Below are positions 54,580 to 64,000 of a stretch of DNA of 64,000 nucleotides, piece by piece (the stretch's first letter is position 1; each line of letters starts with the position of its first letter). The position numbers were made by a program, and so were the translations under genes. Below the pieces are notes generated by a model that did no database searches, was not told the origin of the DNA, and saw only the letters and a list, made by a program, of their open reading frames with translations. Source of the stretch: a virus; the IMG/VR virus record IMGVR_UViG_3300017963_000003, positions 32,001-96,000 of that record; one strand, written 5' to 3'.

Positions 54580-54877
54580 AGGGCAACGACCGTAGCTCTA
54601 GAGGCTCCAGTCTCCCTTCGAGTGCAGCGATCTTGGTTTCGTGCTCTTCAAGAATCGCGCTGACCTCGGTGTTGAGGCGTTCGTTCTCCTGCACGAGAGC
54701 ACTGTTGATGGATTCGAGGTGGGCGATACGCTCCATGAGCTTCTGATTGGTCTCCAGCGCCCGTCGGAGGAGGTCAGGTAGGTCTTGCAGCCCTCCGAGC
54801 TGGTTCAGAGCGGCTTGGGCCTGCTGACGTACCTGCTTAGCCTTCGGAGGGGTTCTCTTTATCTTCCTCTGCGACAT
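54539..54877 (-). CDS. Coiled-coil hypothetical protein
   Basis: Start reassigned to ATG 54877 (AGGAGAGG SD); long heptad repeat. Confidence 0.6.
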   Translation of the reverse strand: MSQRKIKRTPPKAKQVRQQAQAALNQLGGLQDLPDLLRRALETNQKLMERIAHLESINSALVQENERLNTEVSAILEEHETKIAALEGRLEPLELRSLPYGSQATGAVDASD

Positions 54878-55202
54878 CAACCTCTCCTGGCAAACCCAGC
54901 TCACACACGACCTCCCACAAGGACAACGCGAGGAGACCCCCACGGGCCTCGTCCCCCTTGTCCTTCAGCTCACCCGCGATTTGGATAGAGCGAGCAAGAC
55001 AGGTCCGGATCACCTCTTCGTAGATGGAAGCCTCGGCGTGGAGTACCTCTTCCTCCGTCAGACCCTCGTCGATGGTCTTCGTGACCACCCCGAGTGCACG
55101 AAGCACTGATGCCTCCAGAAGGTCCAAAACAGGTTTTGTCGAGGTCTCGATGAGGGCTGTCAGATCGGAACGTTCGAGCACCTTCTCTTCGAAATCTGGC
55201 AT
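54837..55202 (-). CDS. Acidic helical hypothetical protein
   Basis: 121 aa, GAGG SD, behind a class B motif. Confidence 0.6.
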   Translation of the reverse strand: MPDFEEKVLERSDLTALIETSTKPVLDLLEASVLRALGVVTKTIDEGLTEEEVLHAEASIYEEVIRTCLARSIQIAGELKDKGDEARGGLLALSLWEVVCELGLPGEVDVAEEDKENPSEG

Positions 55203-55237
55203 AAGGGCACCTCTCTATAGTAGACAGATCACACCCA

Positions 55238-55250
55238 TAATATACAAGAA
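55238..55250 (-). promoter_or_regulatory. Class B motif TTCTTGTATATTA
   Basis: Identical to 39171-39183; 35 nt upstream of ATG 55202. Confidence 0.6.
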
Positions 55251-55267
55251 AGAGTCAGAGGGGAAGG

Positions 55268-55837
55268 CTACTTCTCGACAGGAACGCCAGGAGGGGTGTC
55301 GGTGCGGAAGAAGTACTCGCTGGCTTTCCAATACACCTGGAGGTATAGAGGAGAGACCTCCGGAGGCTTCCACTTCTCTGTATCCGGGATCGGACCGAGC
55401 CCTTCTACGTCACCCGCTCCGGGAAGCTTGCCAGCCTTCATGACACGTCCAACACCTTCAGAACAGAACAGTCTGTGGTGCCGGTGAACGGGTTTGAGAA
55501 TCGTCTTACCGAACAGACGGAAGACGATCAACTTGAACAACCCCCAGAGGAGCCCACGCCAATCGTACTTGGCACCGACGAAGTCCGTGATCGTCCTGAG
55601 TGCCGGCCAGAGGTCGTTCTTGCACTCGTAGCACTCGATGTAGTTGATCCGGTCGAGCTTCTCCACGGGTAGCTTCCTGACGCCATGCTCGTTGATCTCA
55701 ACGGCCCACCAGCCACCCCACTCCTTGGACTCGTAGAGGATGAACGAGTGGTTGACGTTCGTCCGCATCGCCCACTGAAGAAGCTTCCCGTACCAGGCGT
55801 TGCTCCCAGTGACGCAAAACAGGATACGAGAACTCAC
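55268..55837 (-). CDS. Permuted papain-like amidase (YiiX/YaeF family, NlpC/P60 superfamily)
   Basis: N-terminal NHSFILY...AVEIN, central GAKYDW, C-terminal FCSEGV: His before Cys, as in permuted members. Confidence 0.75.
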   Translation of the reverse strand: MSSRILFCVTGSNAWYGKLLQWAMRTNVNHSFILYESKEWGGWWAVEINEHGVRKLPVEKLDRINYIECYECKNDLWPALRTITDFVGAKYDWRGLLWGLFKLIVFRLFGKTILKPVHRHHRLFCSEGVGRVMKAGKLPGAGDVEGLGPIPDTEKWKPPEVSPLYLQVYWKASEYFFRTDTPPGVPVEK

Positions 55838-56016
55838 GGAGCGACCTCAACCCAGGACGAGCCGTCCCAGACCTTCAGAGCCTCGGCCTGGGTATCGAAG
55901 ATGACCTCCTTCGGTGAAGGGGAAGAGGGGTAGTTGGACACCCCGTCGACGTCCTTCGAAGGGAGTAGTGACCGCAGCATCTTCTTCACGTCGGACTTCT
56001 TGATCTTTGGAGTCAT
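55834..56016 (-). CDS. Small fibre-associated protein
   Basis: 60 aa; VIFDTQAEALKVWDGSSW is a common phage fibre beta-hairpin motif. Confidence 0.55.
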   Translation of the reverse strand: MTPKIKKSDVKKMLRSLLPSKDVDGVSNYPSSPSPKEVIFDTQAEALKVWDGSSWVEVAP

Positions 56017-56025
56017 CTGTACCTC

Positions 56026-57360
56026 CTAAGGAATGACGGTCCCCGCAGGGTCTACCCAGCCAGGCAAGAAGGCGTTGTACACGAGCGTGACGCCATTTCC
56101 AGCTCCGCCACCGGGAGCAGTATCGTAGGCGAAGAACTCATACCCGTGTGGAGGTTTAGGGGGCCGCTGATCGGTGCCTTGCACAGTCCCAGATCCCCAC
56201 GTGCCCGTCCACATCCTGACTAGAGTCCCGTTGACCACCCAGTTCTCGTAAGGGGCCGAACCGGGACCTCCAAAGGCGTTGAGCGCAACGTCTCCCTCTA
56301 TCATGAAAGAGGTCGCATCGATGTCTACCGGTGTCCCAGGGATGCCGCCGAGATTGATCATCCTGGCAGCAAACACCGCAGTTCCCGTAGTGGCTTTGAC
56401 GCCGTTCTGCCCATCAATGAGGCAGTCCACCGCAGCGAATACACTGGCATCAGCGTCCACTGCTGTTCCGCTTGAGATGTCGGCAGAGATGCCAGCACCG
56501 CTTGTCGCGATCAACGTAGCTCCGTTACGGAGCTTGGCACCCGTGTCGGCGTTCCCGTCTGTACCTCCGCTGATGACGAACGCTCCCCCTCCGTCGAGAT
56601 AGTAACCATCTCCCCCGGACGGGTTGTCCACGCCGCAGAAGACGCAAAGAACGTTCGTATCCGGAGGCAGCGTATCTACAAAGATACCGCGACCTCCTCC
56701 CATCGCAGTACACGAACAGTACGAAAGGAACGACTCGTCACCCGCCCCGAGACCGTCATCGATGACATGAACCGGAGAATCAGTAGTGCTGAAAGAGCTG
56801 TTCTCGATTGTGATCCCTACGATCCCACAATCGTGCATGGGCATCGTTACGGTGTGACCTGAGGTGGCGTGCAGAACAGTCGACTTGCTGAGACCAAAGC
56901 TCAGCGTTGTGCACAGATACACGTACCTCTTCAGGACCAACGACTCTATCTCGTAGAACCCTGGGGCCAAGACGATGACGTATCTGTTGTCGTCGGTGGC
57001 ATCCGTGATGGCGTCAACCGCTTCCTGGATAGTCTCGAAGTCCCCGTCTCCAGAAGGGGTCAACGAGTACACGGTCCCCTCCAGCAGTTCTGTGATGTCC
57101 CTGTTCTTGAGGTCCCTGACCTTGGCCGCTGTCAGCTCCACAGACCCCAGAAAAACCCTACAACGAGACCTCTCCGTGTACTGCGCCACCGTCTCTACAA
57201 AGAGGTCGTCGAACTGGAGCGAAGCCAAGTTCACAGGTTTTGTCTGGAGTGCCCCCACGGATACGCTGGGCTTACCGTACTCTCCGTCGATGGAGAGTAC
57301 GTTCTTGGTCAAGTTCTGGATCGTCAACTGGACGCTCATACGGACCTCTCTTCCAGGCAC
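56026..57360 (-). CDS. Beta-helix (pectin-lyase-like) virion protein
   Basis: TPSGDGDFETIQEAVDAI...VIVLAPGFYE is the typical N-cap of right-handed beta-helix proteins. Confidence 0.65.
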   Translation of the reverse strand: MPGREVRMSVQLTIQNLTKNVLSIDGEYGKPSVSVGALQTKPVNLASLQFDDLFVETVAQYTERSRCRVFLGSVELTAAKVRDLKNRDITELLEGTVYSLTPSGDGDFETIQEAVDAITDATDDNRYVIVLAPGFYEIESLVLKRYVYLCTTLSFGLSKSTVLHATSGHTVTMPMHDCGIVGITIENSSFSTTDSPVHVIDDGLGAGDESFLSYCSCTAMGGGRGIFVDTLPPDTNVLCVFCGVDNPSGGDGYYLDGGGAFVISGGTDGNADTGAKLRNGATLIATSGAGISADISSGTAVDADASVFAAVDCLIDGQNGVKATTGTAVFAARMINLGGIPGTPVDIDATSFMIEGDVALNAFGGPGSAPYENWVVNGTLVRMWTGTWGSGTVQGTDQRPPKPPHGYEFFAYDTAPGGGAGNGVTLVYNAFLPGWVDPAGTVIP

Positions 57361-58472
57361 TCTTTCCAGATCTGAACGTTCTTCTGGATTCTAGGGTTCG
57401 CACCGACCTTCAAGGCCTTTTCAGCCTGCTCGACGGCAGCACCGAACATCCCCAAATGGTTGTACGTCATGGACAGGAGGTCGTAACGATCTACCTGATA
57501 GATCTTGGGGTTCACGAACAGCTTGCACTGAGGCTGATCCATCTGGACGCACCTCTCTAACCAGACTCGTGCCTCGTGGTACCTTTGCTGCTTGTACGCT
57601 AGATTTCCGAGATAGTAGTACGCTTCCGCCATCTCCGGATACTCCTCGATGGCCAAAACATACTGGTTCCGGGCAGCGTCGATATCCCCCAGGTTACTGT
57701 GACACGTTGCCGCACCCACCCTGGAGTGCCAGCGCTCTTCATTCCATACGCTGAACTTCAAGCACTCTATGAAGGCCCGATGCCCCTCGTCCCACCGACC
57801 GTTCTCTTTGTAGGCCGTCGCCAGGTAGAACCAGCTCCGAGCGTCGTCTCCGTCGATACGAAGTTTCTTACGGAACGCTTCGATGTTGGCCTTTGAGCGC
57901 TGTCGGTCACGCTCCGCTTTCGACTCAGGGTCTTGGTCGCACTTCCGGTGCTCTACCCTGACGAATTTTTCTTTGTACGTCGACTTCGTCACCGGAAGAT
58001 TGTGGATAGGGTTCTTGTACAGAACATCTGAACGCATCAACCTCACAGAACCGAAACGCGTCTGGGGTACCCCTTCTTCGTCTGGCTCGAAGAGCACAAG
58101 CACCTCCACAGAGTCACACCCTGCGCGCTCTGCTTCTGTGATGGCATCTGTCAGCCCAGATGCGTTGAGAACTGTCTCGTGGCCATCCAGGACCAAACGC
58201 CAGGAGTCTGGATGGCACTCACGGAAAACCTTGTTCCGGGCATTCGAGAAACCCCAGTCTCCCTCACCGTTGAGGGGTCCGCAGAGTTCTAGCTCTTCGG
58301 TGAGGTGAATGTCGACGAGCGTATCCGCCCACTTCTCCGCGATTTCTCTCGTTCCGTCTGAGGATGCTACATCGAGCCCGATAACGATTTCGTCTACGTG
58401 CTCGCGAACCGCCTGAATGGTGCGCTCCAGGGTGCGCACCTCGTTCTTCACGATCATCGCCAGTGAGAGCAC
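57336..58472 (-). CDS. Family 2 glycosyltransferase with TPR repeats
   Basis: LSLAMIVKNE...DEIVIGLD..SSDGT.EIA...FSNARN...WRLVLDGHE, then TPR repeats (RSWFYLA, EAYYYLG). Confidence 0.88.
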   Translation of the reverse strand: MLSLAMIVKNEVRTLERTIQAVREHVDEIVIGLDVASSDGTREIAEKWADTLVDIHLTEELELCGPLNGEGDWGFSNARNKVFRECHPDSWRLVLDGHETVLNASGLTDAITEAERAGCDSVEVLVLFEPDEEGVPQTRFGSVRLMRSDVLYKNPIHNLPVTKSTYKEKFVRVEHRKCDQDPESKAERDRQRSKANIEAFRKKLRIDGDDARSWFYLATAYKENGRWDEGHRAFIECLKFSVWNEERWHSRVGAATCHSNLGDIDAARNQYVLAIEEYPEMAEAYYYLGNLAYKQQRYHEARVWLERCVQMDQPQCKLFVNPKIYQVDRYDLLSMTYNHLGMFGAAVEQAEKALKVGANPRIQKNVQIWKECLEERSV

Positions 58473-58475
58473 CCC

Positions 58476-59336
58476 TTACCCCTGGTACTCAGGATCGACG
58501 TAGTACGTTGCGTCGGGGAAGCGCGATTCGCAGTACTCCAGGTCTTCTTCTTGACCCGTGTCTTTGTTTTTCGCGTCGTACGGCTGGTGATCCAGGATTC
58601 TCAGCGTCAACTTGTTCATGTAAGGCAAATACTCGGAGGCGGGCGTGTCCGCGAGGTGGAGGTAGATGATCTCACCGAACTCGTAGGTATGGACCTCGAT
58701 GGGGTTGTTGTAACGAGCGGGAGAGATCTCCTTGAACTCGGTGAACTTGGCGAGGAAGTCGTCCAGGCTGTAGTAGATGGTGCGCCGAATGAGCGACCCG
58801 TCTTTCTTGTAGTACGAAACAACCAGCGGGCTGTGGAGATCGGCGTTGTTGGAGATCATCAGCTCGATGGTTTCGAGTTTGATCAGCTGCCCTACCACCC
58901 CCTGAAGCGTCAGCATCTCTATAGGGATCAAGTCCCACTCGCTGTCATAGTCGTTGAAGTCAATCGTTCCGCCGCTAGTCCAGGCCGAGAAATCGTCACC
59001 GTCAGTGTCTACTTCCGTGATCGACTTGTCAGCGTTGATCTTCCAATACGAAAGATCGATGGTGTCAGCGTCCACGACGGTCACGATGAACGTCCTGCCG
59101 TTCAGCTCTTCACCAAGATCACCATCGACGCCAGAGAAACGGGCATTCGTACCCGTCGACACTCCATGAGCGGTCACAGTGATACGAAGAGGCTGACCAG
59201 AGGTGCGCGTAACACCAGAAACCAGACCCTGGCTCTCAGTCCATCCACCCTCTGGCTTCTTCTGCCACTTCTCAGGGTGACGCCAATCGTGCATCGGCAG
59301 AGAATCAGTGTACAGCTTATCTCCCAGCAACGTCAT
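58476..59336 (-). CDS. Virion protein with an inserted E1-FCCH-like beta-barrel
   Basis: ITVTAHGVSTG..RFSGV.G..ELNGRTF.VTVVDADT matches the FCCH-like module frequent in phage virion proteins. Confidence 0.55.
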   Translation of the reverse strand: MTLLGDKLYTDSLPMHDWRHPEKWQKKPEGGWTESQGLVSGVTRTSGQPLRITVTAHGVSTGTNARFSGVDGDLGEELNGRTFIVTVVDADTIDLSYWKINADKSITEVDTDGDDFSAWTSGGTIDFNDYDSEWDLIPIEMLTLQGVVGQLIKLETIELMISNNADLHSPLVVSYYKKDGSLIRRTIYYSLDDFLAKFTEFKEISPARYNNPIEVHTYEFGEIIYLHLADTPASEYLPYMNKLTLRILDHQPYDAKNKDTGQEEDLEYCESRFPDATYYVDPEYQG

Positions 59337-59812
59337 CCTTTTGCCTCCCAGTCGAACGTAACCGGCGTGCGGGATACATTCTTCGTGTTGCGCACACGCA
59401 CCTCATAATCAAAGAACGCCGTATCCCTCTGAGCAACCTCAACGGTCTGGCTGCGATTCGAGAGGACCACAGCAGGAACGTTCACAAACTCAGACTTGAA
59501 GTGTATGCGCTCCCTTTTCGTGATCCACTTCTGACTCGCGGAACCGTTGAAAAGGATGTCGAGGTACACACAACCAGTTTCTCTGTGCCAGCTTCCGTTG
59601 TGATCGATAGCATCCTGGACAATAGCGTCGAGAACGTCCTCCTGCTCCGCAGACAAGGCTTCCTCGAACCAAATCTTCAACCAATCTTCATCGGGGTTGT
59701 AGCTGAAGTAAGGAGCGGCCAGCTGTACTGAGATCTGCGCCTCGACTTCTACTTCGAGTTCCCCCAAAGAAGGGGCCTGCGTACAGTTGTCGTAATGGTA
59801 GAGTTCTGACAT
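59333..59812 (-). CDS. Fibre-associated protein with H-type-lectin/gp53-like C-terminus
   Basis: RIHFKSEFVNVPAVVLS...FDWEAKG pattern. Confidence 0.45.
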   Translation of the reverse strand: MSELYHYDNCTQAPSLGELEVEVEAQISVQLAAPYFSYNPDEDWLKIWFEEALSAEQEDVLDAIVQDAIDHNGSWHRETGCVYLDILFNGSASQKWITKRERIHFKSEFVNVPAVVLSNRSQTVEVAQRDTAFFDYEVRVRNTKNVSRTPVTFDWEAKG

Positions 59813-59813
59813 C

Positions 59814-64000
<4,187 letters not shown>

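Overview
The window is a 64 kb slice of the virion-morphogenesis region of a large, GC-rich, contractile-tailed dsDNA phage (myovirus morphotype). Every credible gene is on the minus strand. In transcription order (high to low coordinates) it encodes: two collagen-like Thr-rich fibre genes with C1q-like heads and a GT2-TPR glycosyltransferase; a permuted papain-like amidase; a small island of non-structural genes; an AT-rich 500-bp intergenic region; terminase small and large subunits; large head and fibre proteins; a portal interrupted by two LAGLIDADG inteins 52 aa apart; a MuF-like protein; prohead protease, scaffold, decoration protein and HK97-type major capsid protein (from memory most like the Bxz1/E3-type myovirus head module, an inference); a protein carrying an orphan IscB-type PLMP/RRXRR N-terminal domain directly behind a highly structured 110-nt intergenic element; a holin plus non-canonical spanin-like pair; neck proteins; sheath; two tube paralogs; a tail chaperone pair joined by a -1 slippery site; three translationally coupled tape-measure paralogs, one ending in an SleB-type hydrolase; and baseplate hub, spike, gp25-like and J-like genes. 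Two recurrent non-sigma70 promoter motifs were read directly from the intergenic DNA. No tRNA, rRNA, CRISPR array or IS element was seen. Family assignments rest on motif recognition, not on database searches. The best novelty candidates are the triple tape-measure locus, the orphan PLMP domain with its structured RNA, and the GT2-TPR/collagen-fibre glycosylation module.
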